From NCBI GenBank assembly GCA_964035545.1, contig OZ037771.1, positions 11,040,480 to 11,104,479 of the forward strand: a stretch of 64,000 nt of DNA, read 5' to 3'. This DNA is from Bugula neritina (taxonomy: Eukaryota > Animalia > Bryozoa). How positions within the stretch are numbered: position 1 is the first letter of the stretch; every line of letters begins with the position of its first letter. The position numbers and the translations under genes are program-made. The notes under the pieces are model-generated. The model made no database searches. It was not told the origin of the DNA and saw nothing but the letters and a program-made list of their open reading frames with translations. This document shows positions 46,021-59,446 of this stretch, piece after piece.

Positions 46021-48978
46021 TATGATCCATTAAAATAGAACTAATAAAGCCAACGACGTTAATGGTATGTCTAACTAAACATGGCATGTCTTGTCTGGCA
46101 GTGGTTATGTGGAGGGCCAGGCAACCTACGGCCGTCAACCCGTTAATGGCACAACTAAAAGAAGATACTCAAGAGAAGACAACAAAGTTGTCATGAAATG
46201 CTGCTTCAAAAGTACACCCAAATTGAGAGGTTATAGAAAAACAATGTATGAGCTCTGTAGACCCGGATCAAAGAATTATTTAAAAAGAATGTGCAAACGC
46301 TGGAAAACAGAGGAGAGTTTAACATCAGTGAATAGAGACTAGCGGATTAAGCAAGAACTATGAAGAAACACAAGCATTTTATGGAAGAACTCCATAAGAT
46401 TGAAGAAGGAACCTTGCAAGAACTAGGCACATCAATTGGTGAAGAAGATAATGAAGAGCTAAATTTGCAAATAGAGGATGTTATAGTACAACATGAGATA
46501 GCATATAAATCAGCCATGAGAATTTTAAGAGTACCTAGTTCAGAGGTAGAAAAAGTGTTAGTAGAAAAATTATAAATGAGCATAACAAACTATCTAATGA
46601 TCGACCAACACTAAGAGCCCTTAGGCACATTGAGAGGGTCAAATTACTACAGGCAGTAAAACAGATTAATGATGTGCTAAACTGTGTTGAGATTATTAAT
46701 ACCATTGAGCTTAATAACACCACCATGGCTTGTGCGAAAAATAGTAACAGAACAAGTGTGTAACAAAAAGGAAAAAGAAAAACTGACAATGTACAAGTAT
46801 GGAGAATACGACTGCAGAAGAAATAAAAAGAAATTAGATCAGACTTAAGTAAAATAGCAGAGTGAAAAAGTAGAGCTTACAATGATTCATTGAGAAGAAT
46901 GGTTGAAGAAAAATATAGGATAAAGAACAAAGAGTGTGGTGTAGTGATTGAAAAACTGAAGCAAAACCTGAGAGCTGTAAGCCAGAAGATAAACAGATAT
47001 ACAGAATGAGTTGATCAATCTAATCAGGACACAATGTTTACAATGATAAGCGCTTTTATCAAGAATTACGAGGAAATGAATACGTACATCTAAAGAGGCA
47101 CCTGACAAGGAAATCAAAAGCATTCTGATAAAATATATGGGGTCAGCCAACTAAAAATAATACCAATGCAGAATGACTAAATAAAGTTGGCAACAAATTG
47201 GAGCATATGTAAAGACAAGGAAATTAGATCTTAGAAACGATGCAAACAACTGGAATAGCAATTAATGTCATAAGGTTGATAAGAAAAAGCATGAAACCTG
47301 GAAAACACAACTGAAGTACCTGGAAGAAAAGATAGGAGAAATAAAGATCAAACTAAGAATTTTCCAAGGAGACTCTTTATCTCTATCCCTTTTCTCCAAC
47401 TATCGATTCGCATGACAGAAGCGGCTCAATGATGCAAATTTCGACGAGACAGAAAACAAACCATCTCCTATATGTGGATGACCTGAAGGTAAATAGGAAA
47501 TCAAAGTGGGAACTGGAAGCTTTGGTAAACACTGCCGGGATCTTCACAAGGAATATAGAAATGAAATTTGGATTAAAAAATGTGCCACACTGGTTATGAG
47601 AAAGGGAAAGAAAATTAAGGGCACAGGAATCAGTTTGCCTGATGAACAGGTAATCAAAGATCTGGGTGAGAAGCTGTATAAATATCTAGGAGTTCTTGAG
47701 ATTGATGGAATACAAATATATGAAATGAAAAATAAGATCAAGGAGTACTACAAACAAATAAGAAAAGTTCTGGATTCAAAACTGAATGGTGAGAACACAA
47801 TCAAAGCAATAAACACATGGGCAGTAACAGCAGTGCATTACACAGCTAGAATACTTGACTGAACTGTTTCATGAGCTAAAAAATATAGACTGAAAGACAA
47901 GGAAGCTAATGACAACAAACCGTGCACCCTATCCGAGAGCAGATGTAGGCAGGCTGTATTTTAGCAGAAGGGAAGGCGGTAGAAGAATGTTGTTAACTGA
48001 AAAATGCATAAAGATTGAAAACTGCAGCATGTCAGACTACATAAATATAACATAGACTGATAGAAACACCACACTGAATACCTTCCTAAAAGACAAAACG
48101 GCGGTAGAACTAAATAATGATAAAGTGATAGAAAGAACTGATGAGTGTAAAGAAAAGCTTCACGTGGTCAATACATCAAAATGGTGGAAGACATGAAAGC
48201 ATTTTCCTGGAACTGGTTGAAGTATGGTTGGCTGAAAAAGGAAACAGAAGGACTGCTGACAGCTGCGCAAAATCAACTATTCACTACTAGAAATTATAGA
48301 GTGGCTATGATGAGAGAACAGGGTAGCAAGAAGTGTGGAATGTGTAACGCAAGAGACAAAACTTCGATGCACGTATTGAGTGAGTTTGAGAAGGTAGCAG
48401 AAGGAGAATATAAGAAAAAACACAACCTTTTGGCATTGATAATTTCAATAGTAGTTGTGTGAACTTCGTGGGTTTCAGAAAAGTAAGAATTGGTACGGCC
48501 ATCAAGCAGAATAAGTACTGGAAAATGATAATGTGAAAACCTTGTAAGATTTTAACATACACACTGACGTAGTCATCAAAGTTAGGAGACCCGATATATT
48601 AGTAGTTGACAAGCATAATGCTGAAACAACGATAATTGATATCACAGTCCCTGTTAACTACAGAGTAAAAGAAAAAAATTCGAAAAGTTAGGAAAATATC
48701 AGAATTTAGCACTAGAATAAACCCGCCTTTGGAAAACATCAAAAAAGTCATCCCGTTGTAACTGGAGCTTTTGGAGCTTTATACAAGATTGTAGACTGGC
48801 TGACACTACTTGGAGTAGCTGAAAACAAATGCTCATTAATTCAGCAGACACCCTTACTAGGATCAGGATAAGCTCACATCCTGAGGAAAGTTCTATCCAT
48901 TTCAGCCTAGTATAACTAGGCCAATGGTAAAAGGTTACACCAGCTAAAAAACTACGGTCAATCAACAATAATAATAAT
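46021..48978 (+). mobile_element. Decayed R4/Dong-clade non-LTR retrotransposon (RT + CCHC + restriction-like endonuclease) inserted in (TAA)n
   Basis: Relics in the expected order: RRYSREDNKVVMKCCFKS..RGYRKTM, IFQGDSLS (~47359), LLYVDDLK (YVDD 47471-47482), YKYLGVLE, KAINTWAV, ETEGLLTAAQ, CGMC...MHVLS, RRPDILVVDK...IIDITVP (~48584-48655). (TAA)n lies on both sides (~45994-46022 and 48967-48978). Many stops, frameshifts and an internal RT deletion. Confidence 0.85.
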
Positions 48979-50035
48979 ATACAACTATATTAGTGCAGTT
49001 GGTTCTATTATTAGATTAGCATATCGATTATGACTTTTCGATTGTCACCCTGATACTATGAGTAAAATGTACAAGCATACGTGAAAGTATAGATATGATC
49101 ATAAGTATAAAAATAGGTATAAGTATAAATATAAATATAGGTACAAGTATAAAACGAATGAATATATTATTAATAATATTAGTCAGTGATACCTATAACC
49201 GTAATGGTTTTTAGACTTACAGTTATCATTAACATTAGCTGAGTAATATGATTAGTTAAAATAATGGTATTCATTATTATATCATAGTTATAAGTTATAA
49301 CTCTAGTCTCTAAAGAGCAACAGCAAGTGTAATTGGGATATTCATATTAAATTTCATATTCACATAGTGAAATGTTTATGTTATGAACTAATTTATTCCT
49401 TCAACATTTAACTATAAATATGATTAACACTAACTTTGACCAGCAGTATTACTAAAAGAAGCGTATTACAAATATAAGATGATAAAATTCTAGTAGTAGG
49501 ACTAATAGTATTACTAGGTCCAGTATTATTCTTGTTATCTTATTCATCATTCATGAGTTATCAAATTTAAAATTACTACTTATTAGCATCAGCATATAAA
49601 AAGTAAGATCATTAGGAATAATTATCATGAGGTATGATCTATGATTTGCATTATCCATATATAGTTTAATATCAATATGATATATTATTATTGCTGATAG
49701 TCTATGTTATAGTTAAATTTATACTTATCTTTACAGTTACCTATAGTAGCACTTATTAGTTATTTGTGGTAGCCAAACTAATGTTTAATATTAATAAATT
49801 AAACTGAGTATCATAAAAGTGTTACTAAGAATTTTAATTATAATCGTAATGGTGATCATATTACTTTATTATAATTATTATATTTTATCATTAATGCTAA
49901 ACTGAGTTAATGTATATACTTTGAGTTTTACTATTACTCATTATATTTACACTTATAGTAAAACTAAATATGTAAAAGTTATACTTATACTATTATTATT
50001 CGTATTTCATTAGACTTACATCTAAGATCGCAGTC

Positions 50036-50190
50036 CTATTACTACTACCACTGATACTAGTACTACAACTAGTACTAGTACTGCTACTAGTACTAGTACT
50101 ACTACTACTACTACTACTACTAATAGTACTGTTACTACTACTACTACTAGTACTACTACTAGGTCTACTACTGTACCAGTACAACTACAA
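50036..50190. repeat. Degenerate (CTA/ACT)n trinucleotide repeat
   Basis: Directly visible; it produces the spurious poly-Ser ORF at 49996-50184. Confidence 0.9.
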
Positions 50191-53100
50191 ACTTTGAAAA
50201 TAACTGCAAGAAAGGTATGACTTACTCTTTTTCTTAGTCTTACTGTGACTCTCAGTCGTAATGTAAAATAAAATTGTGAACTGTAAAGTTAAACCCAAGG
50301 CTGAAATTTATTTAATTAAATTTAGACAATCTGAATCATTGGCACAATCCTTGAGTTTGACTATTACTATTAGTATTATTATTAGTGTTACGATTGTGAT
50401 TATCATTGGCATTATGATTATGCCATTATGATTATCATTATGATTGTAATTGTGGTAATTCTAACATTAATTATAATCATAAATTAAAAGGTAATGATTA
50501 ATGATAATTATTTTCATTTTGTAATCATAATGATAATCATAATGATGTAAATTTTGATGTAAAACCAAAATACTAAAACTAAAAGTAAAAGTTATAAAAT
50601 TAAATGATAATATATTATAATGATAATTATTATATTTATTATATTATTATTGAATATATTATTTCATATTAGAAAATAGGTTGCAGCTTAGCATGATTAA
50701 AATTCAGTAAAAATTAGTTTACCAACAGCAAACATGCATGCGTCTTGTCAACATTCAATTCGTAGTGTCATAGCGAAGCCAGATTATTGGTAGTACGACT
50801 ACTAGAACTACTACTACTACTAGTGATGGATTACAGATCCTTGGCGATTTTAGCTGTGAGTGACCTTCGCCTCACATTCTCGTCATGTGCGCGGCATTAG
50901 ACTAAGTAGAGGGTATGAAGCACTGAGCTGGAAAAGAAAGAATATATTTTAATTATAGGTAATACTAATAGTAATATAATTTATGGTAATATATAGGTAA
51001 TATTATTGAGTTCATTGGTATAGAGGATAGACCTATCACTGATAGTATCAGTATCAACTACCACTTACGTACTACTTCAACTTATAACTTACCTTCAACT
51101 CAAACTCAAACTGAAACTGCTTGGAATCATTTGACATTTGTCTTTGATCATATTGGCATTGTCATTGTGATTGTAATAACTATTAATATTTTTAGTTCAA
51201 CATCAATGCCGAACATATTGTAATAACTAATAAGATAATCATAAGGTTGATATATTTTGCTAATACTAATACTAATACTAATAGTTATAGTAATAGTTAT
51301 AGTAATTCAGTGTCACTCTCACTCTGGTGGAGTGAGACTCAGACTTAGAGTTAGAGACAGAGTGAGTCCGAGTAAGTCTGAGTGTTGGTAATAGTAATAG
51401 TCATATAAATTTAAATTATATTTACTTATTTCTAGCAATCACAATGGCAATAGTTATAGTAACTTTCACTTACTCTTAAATCATTGAACCTGAACTAAAA
51501 GTAAAATTAAGCATTATGATTATCATTATGATTATACCTATGATTTTATTATGTTTAAATTAAAAATCAATATCATGATAATATCATAGTGATAGACATT
51601 TTATTGATAAATGATAATATAAAAGTAATTTGATAAATTATACATTGATTTTGAATTAAGGAGATACTGATACTAGACCGGTACTGAAAGTGATAGTAAT
51701 ACTAATAGTAATAGTAATAGTCATATAAATTTAAGTTATATTTACTCATTACCGGCAATCACAATGGCAATAGTAACTTAAACTGTAACAGTAATGGTAT
51801 GGGTATGTTTGAAATTGTCACTATCAGTATTGCTATGAATCAAAATATAATGCTATCATACCAATAATTTAAAATAATATTACAAAGCTTCAGTAGCAAC
51901 TTTTACTTGTACCAGTTTGGAATTTTGAATTATACATATTCTTAGTTGAAGTCTTCAAGTTTATTGTCAAAATGAACTTGAAATTAAAGACTTAGTAGTA
52001 AAAATTAAACTAAGACTGACTGTAAGTGACTAAGATTAAAAATAAGTAATTTTAAATATCGATTTAGTATTTTTCTTACTCTTTGTCTTAAAATTGACTT
52101 TTATTTTGCACCTACTCCTGGTCAATGATTCTTTTGTCTATTTATATTACTATTGCTATTAGTATAATTGACTTAAATTTAATAATAGATATGATTATAT
52201 CTTTATAAATGTGATATTTGATTTTATGAATAGTAATTCGAAAACTCTTTGGTATTATTTATTTTTGATCATTGTAGTTATTATCATTATATTTGTATAA
52301 TAATTATGATTATCAAATTCAATATCGATATTTGTATTATGGTATGGATATCTGCCTCCATCCCATGTTCTGTTTTGCAGTGCCTTTTTACATTTACGTC
52401 TAGGTTCACATTGCGATGGTCATACTGATAGCACTTGGGGACAGTGATGAGCATAATGATTATCACTAATATTAGGATTATCGTTATTAGGATTTAGAAT
52501 AATTTAATAAACAAGCAACTTAAAACAAATGTTTTTACTACTAATATAAATATACTACTATGAATATTATAATTATTATACTTTACAATTCAAAGTAAGA
52601 TAATCATAATACGAACTGGTAAAACTAAATATAAAGTAAATGTAATAATACTAATAGTAGTTATCCATTCCCCTTTGGTTTCACATACTAATAATTGGAA
52701 ACCTCTGTCCTAATATTATTTCTATTAATATTGCTCAAAGTTTGATCCCTATTTAATTTTATAGTTCACTCACCAGCTACATAATTTTATTAAAATACAT
52801 GTGGTATTGGTTATAGTACTAGTGAAACTTGAAGTTGAATAGCATGCTTATTACTCACTGCTCTTTGCTTACATTATTAGGATTACTCTTTAGTCTTAGA
52901 GATACCCTAACATAAACTTGAAAGCTGGAGGTAGTACTAGTCTAGTGCTGTGTTAATCCTACACTGTTGACTTATCAACACTGTGACTATAATTATGACT
53001 CCTAAGTCAAAGTCATTTTCATATAGTAGTAATCACTATGACAGACTGAAAGTCAGGAAGACTAAATATAATGGTAAAGTGTGTAAGAATAAATCATACT

Positions 53101-54739
53101 TAATCAATTACTTTTAGTTTTGTTACCAGTGTTGGGTCAACTTTCAGAATAAAGAATAAATATAATTATAAAGATAAATGGATAAAAATTCCAATCATGG
53201 TTTAATGTGCCTATTTTAAGCTGTTAATTTAATTACTATAATATAAGTGCTCAAAATACAACTTTTGATTTTCATAATTATGTTTTAATTTAATACAGAT
53301 ACCATAGTATCATATACAGTAGAATCAGTTGTATCTTATTTAATAATGAAGTAACTTATTGGAGCTTTCACAGTTATTAATTATTTACTTGTTAGTCTTT
53401 GAACTGGGACAATGTTTGAAACTTGAAGTAGAATGAAGTTTGATTTCAGTTACCGCAATGGTATCTGCAGTCACAATAGGAATACGCATATAACTATGTT
53501 TATATTTGTGAAAAATATATAGTCAAAACTAGATAAGGTAATAGTAATTATAATTGGTTTCACTTTTAATATATTCCTATAAACTGGAAAATAGACAGAA
53601 GCATTTAATCATGAAAGTAAACCTAGTGGAAGTAAATCAATTCACTAAGTATAGTAAAATATTTACTATTCAGTAAGTTTATTTACTTTAGTTAATTGTA
53701 CTTGATTATTTCTGTCGGTTTTTCAGTTGATTTTTCTACCTTTTGCTATAGCATATCAAACTACCACAAAGTCATGCTTCCGTATTACAATTATAAACAT
53801 AGTGTTACTGTGTAATGTTATAGTAATGTAATAGTAATATTTGGATCATTGTAAGTATTTCTGTTGTTGTACTGATTGATAAATATTTTTTAGCTTGCAT
53901 GGATATTTGCAACGATCAAGATGTCATTTGAACCTGGACTGGAATAAAGATGGCAAATCAAGAAGCTAGCTACAATTATTCTGCAGAAAGAAACTTGGTA
54001 AGCAAAAATAAGCTGCAGCATTAAGCAGTAAGCAATATGACGATGAACTTTGCTTGATTTTGATTGACCTTAAAATATCTGGTCACCTTTCACCAACGTG
54101 GTCCTGCGCGGGTGGCGGGTGACCTTAAAATGTCTGTTGCACGTAAAATAAATTTTGGGACAGTCAAAAGTATGCTGATCTTTTTCGTATTTCAGTGCAT
54201 CGGTGTCTTAGCTTAAGAGCTGAACCCAACAATTATGATCTAAAGCTGTTTTTTACTAGAAAGTGATTTTACTGTCTTTCTGATTATTCTTGGTTTTTCA
54301 GCTTGATGAATTGAATAAATGGATTTGATTTTGGGTATTATGTAATGGATGAAAGAAATTTTTCTTAAATTTGTACTGAGCAATTTTTGCTATTGCTATG
54401 ATGTTTAGTGATAAAATTGCACCCTTAATAACCCTGAAAACTTTCATTACTAGCATTTGTTTATGTTCATTTTTAGGAAATTAAAATGAAGACACAACTC
54501 ACCGATGCTATCTCACTGTGCCTGCATGCAGTTTATCTAAAAAGGTACTCCTATTAGCTGGCTCTTGCCCAATACCTGGTTGTCTCTGTAACTATTTTTT
54601 GCTCGCAGATGAGTTTTTTGAACTTGACATTTTATTGATTTTGAAAGTTATAGTGAGCTTTGAACTTGCTAGCATCGTTTTTAAAGACTTGCTGCAGTTT
54701 TTATCAACATTTTTTAAGTCAATGGTGTTAGTTTGGAAG

Positions 54740-55045
54740 CTCTCTCACTCCTCTCTCTGTCTCTTTCTCCCACACCTTCCACTCAACCTCTCTCTCTTTC
54801 TCCCCCTCTCTCCCACCCTCCCTCTCTCCCACCCTCCCTCTCTCCCACCCTCTGTCTCTCCCACCTTCTCTCTCTCCCACTCTCCGTCTCTCCCACCTTC
54901 TCTCTCTCCTAACCTTTCTCTCTTCCCTTTTCCACTATCTCTCTGACTCTCTCCCTTTCTCTCTTCTACCCCATCTCTCTTCCATCCTCTCTCCTAACCT
55001 TTCTCTCCCACCCCCCCCCCCTCTCCCACTCTCTTTCTCTCTCTA
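54740..55045. repeat. Polypyrimidine (CT-rich) low-complexity tract with CTCTCCCACC-like units
   Basis: Directly visible in the sequence. Confidence 0.9.
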
Positions 55046-55229
55046 GTTTGCATGGCTTTACCCAATTTTGGTTTATTTTTTTATTTTGTTTCAGAGTATC
55101 CAAAAGGAAAGCTAAAATTTATTTAATATATATTATACCAACTTGAGCTTTACATATAATATCAAATAAATGCTGTGTTTTGTTAAAACAATGTTTGCAA
55201 CTTTGTAGTATATTCAAATTCATAATTTC

Positions 55230-56400
55230 TTTGTAGAGTCACGCAACAAGACACTACTCTGACACACTCACAAGTTGCCACTGATCCAGCAGTATAGATG
55301 ATTGTTTTCTCCACTGGCTATGCTGTCACGCTTTACTGTTGTGGTGTTTGAAACAAACCAATTGTTTGCCTACGCAGATTAGGGTGAGAAAAAAAGTGAG
55401 AAATGAAAGCTGTTTTTAATACCAACTACACTTAGTTTTTATTGAATGAAAAACAAAGTGAAATCATTAGTTATCCGTTAAATGACTAAATCATTGTTTA
55501 TAAAGATGAAACACAAATAATCTTATAATATGCTAATGAAATTTGGCTTTCAAATAGCTTTTTTCTGTATATTTGCTGAGGAAGTTTATCTTCAACAAAA
55601 CTTCGTAGCTGTTGAATATGTGGAGAGTATTTTATATTGCATAAATTTATAGAGTAAAAGGTTCTCATCAAACTTTTACAACTTAGCTCATCGACGGTTT
55701 AAAAGTGTGAGTCACCCTTCACACTAGAGTTTTATAAAGTTTTAATGAATGTGCAGTATTTTATAAAATATTGTGTGTCTCGTAAATTTAGCTGTTTCTA
55801 CCTTTTCAGTGAGATTGGAGTAAACACACCTCAAAATTCACATCTGGTATCACATTGATTTATCGCAAGTCAAAGTACACCTACTAACTCTTCCTTCCTT
55901 AATACCTGCTTGCTTTTGCACTTCTACTCATTTCATATACCTAGCATTTCTCTTGCAGATGAATTACATCTTTTAAGTTGTAAAAGCCTTAAATAGCATG
56001 AAATTAATGAGGTTTAAACCGTGGCCACACTAACTATTTATGCGTTTATTGATGGGTTAAATTACACGAAAATATTGTCTCTTTCTTTTTAGTTTCACCT
56101 AAAGTATTACATACTATTGATGGAGGCTTTGCTGAAGTTTTTGGGTGATGATATGTCAATAATTTTCCAGAGAAGATGATGCCACGGTGGCTGGCATCAT
56201 TATGCAGTTTCCAAATTTCTTTCGGCTTTGCTCTAGTGAAAATGTTGGAAAACAATCAACAAAAAGGTTTGTACCATAAACGAAGTTATTGTGTTCGTGT
56301 TGTCAAAGCATAAAGTGTGCTGGAAATTTTTAGGTTTCTGTTGAGATGCGTTTTTGCTTTTCCTGCATGAAAAAAGTTCCAGTTTCAGTTAATATCACTA
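55230..56400 (-). mobile_element. Possible heavily decayed hAT (Ac/ZBED-like) transposase relic
   Basis: Frameshifted - strand fragments in the expected order: LCFDNTNT (~56300), SVAT../FML/RLLQLKDVI (~56030-55960, compare VxTRWNS..ML.RLL.LK), and SIAS../YTAGSVAT (~55330-55270, compare TSVASERxFSTAG of the dimerization domain). Confidence 0.35.
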
Positions 56401-58416
56401 ACGGAGTGCCCACCTATATTTTAAATCATATTGATGCATAAGTTCTTTTTGTAATATTAAAAGTATAACTTGCTTAATTGCTATTCAATGCCCTTTGAAG
56501 TTTCCAACTGTAATTAATTAGTTGATTTGACAGCATAGTATTGATGATTGATGAAGGCAGCCGATATAATTATAAGCATAAATATCTATATCTACATGAA
56601 GATGTCATTCCCAATGATTGTTATTCTGAAATCAGCTGATTAAGTTATCACAAACTAAACATTTTGACCAGCGGCTTGCAATGCAACTCGGTGAAATTTC
56701 AGACCTAGATAAATTGAATTTCTTACTGAAAATCGTGAAGGTATTAAAGTTTAAAGTGAAAGTTTAAAGGGTCATCTCTCTGCGAATTCTAATAGCATGG
56801 TGCCAATTAGACTTGAAAAAATTTCAAGGCACTACAAAGCACTAAGCCCATTCTTACAAGTAGTTTCAAAGTGCACTGGAATTTCAGTTTACTTGTCATT
56901 GTATAGAATCCTGATCTACACTATATAGCATTCACTATTGCCTGCTTCTTCTAAGCATCTATAATGTATTAACTACAGTTTGCTTTGAGAAGTGAATTTC
57001 TACTTGGTATTTTTTCCTTATTGTTCCGTTGTTTGCCAGTAGTCTTAATTTAATGGATTTTCCCTTTTCAAAAGTGGTTGTGACAATCAAAACACATCAT
57101 GCAGCCTGCAACTACACAATCAGTCAGTAATTTCTTCCATTAAAGTAGCTCTTCTGGTTACTCTTGCTCACCTAAAAGCCTGAGCCTCATTCAAATTGCA
57201 ATTTTTTAGAGTTGTTAGTTTTTCATGCAGTCTTTCATTTTTTTTTTGTTAGGCACAAAATTAGTATTCACTAGACCTAATCTTTCATCTGCATGTATGC
57301 CTATTGTTTGTTCATTAAAGAAAAACCTCTGCTGAATATTGAACTAATAATGAAAATAAATTCCCTAAACTAAAAGTAGCAGTGTGATTTTGGTATTACA
57401 ATTAGTTGTTAGCATAGAGTCAAGTTATTGACAGGAATTTTCAAATTGAAATGAATGAATTTCATTGTAAGTCAGCAAGATTTAGTCTAAGTAAACATAG
57501 CATTACATCGTGTTTTATTTAGCATTTGCAGAAGGCAACATACATTTTAAGGATTATTGTAAACTTAAATGTAATTTTAAGTACTTTCCATGTTTGTTAT
57601 TGTAGATGGTCTTGTTCTTTAGGATGGATGTGACAACTCCTTGTGTCAAGCTTAACTGATTGACTACTGAATCCCAATCATATGTTTTGCCAAAAAATGT
57701 GAAAATGGAGTGCATGTCTACTTTATTTGAGAAAATATTAAAAATACTTTTGAAACTTCATCTAGCCAAACAATACAACAGTTTCATTTTATTAAAAAAT
57801 ATCATTTGCACAAAAATGTATTATGTAATCGAACAATTTCTAGAAAAAAAGTGCTTTCCTCCAGTTTTGCTAATGAACTACATTTTTCATTATATGCTTG
57901 TCTTTATAATTTTATTAATTGTTTTTTCTGGTGAGTCAATTAAAGTCAATTCAACCTAGAAAAGTCTGAATTTCAGACTTAATTTCAAGCTAGAATATTC
58001 ACATTTTTAGGTCTGCGTTTGCAAACATTGTTGTGTTACTTTACTTTTTATATTTTTTGAAATAAATATCTTTTTAGCTTGTGCCTATTCATGATTGGAA
58101 TAGTATAATAATATTTAACTTTTCTTCAATTTCAATAGATGAAAATGTTGATCAGTTGGAGTATTCAGTTTAGCTGAATTTTACTTGCTTCTGCGAAAAC
58201 AATCTTTTGGAGTTGTCTGCCCTCTCTTTAGGTAATTTGTTGACCTATGGTCAACGCAATAATTATAACTTTTTAAAGATGCTTGTGAACCTAACAATAT
58301 AGCATAACTATCAAACCACATTATTCAATATCTGCATAAAATTTAGCCGATAAGCTGCCACCCACTGAGCTTGAAAAGATATTAGAATTCTAGCTCAGTG
58401 CTGCCATCAATGTAGA

Positions 58417-58480
58417 TATTTATAATGATATAAAGCCAAAACTCATTATTTATAATGATATAAAGCCAAAACTCATTATT
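58417..58480. repeat. Exact 30-bp tandem duplication
   Basis: TATTTATAATGATATAAAGCCAAAACTCAT twice, followed by TATT. Confidence 0.9.
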
Positions 58481-59446
58481 GCATGAAATTATCTAACCAT
58501 TCCTGACAAAGAATCGAGATAATAACTCCAAAGTTGGTCAGTTGAAACCACAGCAATAATACTTTAATTGTTATAATTGTCAGGTTTAATTTTATACCAA
58601 GCCCCAATAAGTACATATAACTATGACAACACAGCCTAAGCACCTCCGATGCAAGAAATTTAGTATTGTGGTGCTGCAAATCCTCCAGTTACAAATGAGT
58701 AGAGCTTTCATGATTATTGGTCTACCATAATGTTTATTTAGTTTTAAGGACTAGCATAAATGGTATTATATGCGGGAGGTATTTGAAAAGCTTCCAACTC
58801 CATCTTCAACTACGGGCTATTATAATTATGCCGATAAACGAGATACTACACTCAGACTGCCCTGTTATAGTACTATGATTGGCTACTGCAAAATTTTTGC
58901 CGATAGACAACATTTAATTATGATGTAATGTATCTCGTATTGGTACATAAGTGTTATGTCTGAGGACGAGATACTGTGAAATTATGCCCTGGGTTATTTG
59001 CACAAACCATTGTGTGTTTTAATCATACACATGTGTATTGTGCTTTTAATATCGAATATATAATCATTTCTGACTCAGTTATATCATATTACTTGAAATA
59101 CAAACAAATGCAGTAAAATGAACAGCTTTTGTTGGAACTAAGTTCTAATAAAACAACCATTTTAAAAAAGATGCCAATTACATGTATAATATATAAGGTT
59201 GCATTATTTTCACTATATTTTAGCAATAATTAATACTTATAATATAGGTTTCATATGGAAAATATTCTATTGATTCATTATAATCATATCACACTAGTTG
59301 CTAATGGTTTTGGATAGTCTTATTTTGGTCTAGAAGATTTTCTGTATAAACACAATTTTTTGCTTTCCAATGTTTTGTTGCCTAGAGCGTTGTTATTCCA
59401 GGTCAAACAAAATTTTCAATACATAACCAAACTTTATCAACTTGAT

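Noticed and set aside
49996-54946. Poly-Ser ORF (49996-50184) and Pro/Leu/Ser-rich ORF (54518-54946)
   Set aside because: Products of (CTA)n and CT-rich low-complexity DNA.
58476-58830. Possible BEL/Pao RT relic on the - strand (SIIAVVST, SRFFVRNG, VEDGVGSF)
   Set aside because: It needs several frameshifts and no diagnostic motif is intact; a profile search would be required.
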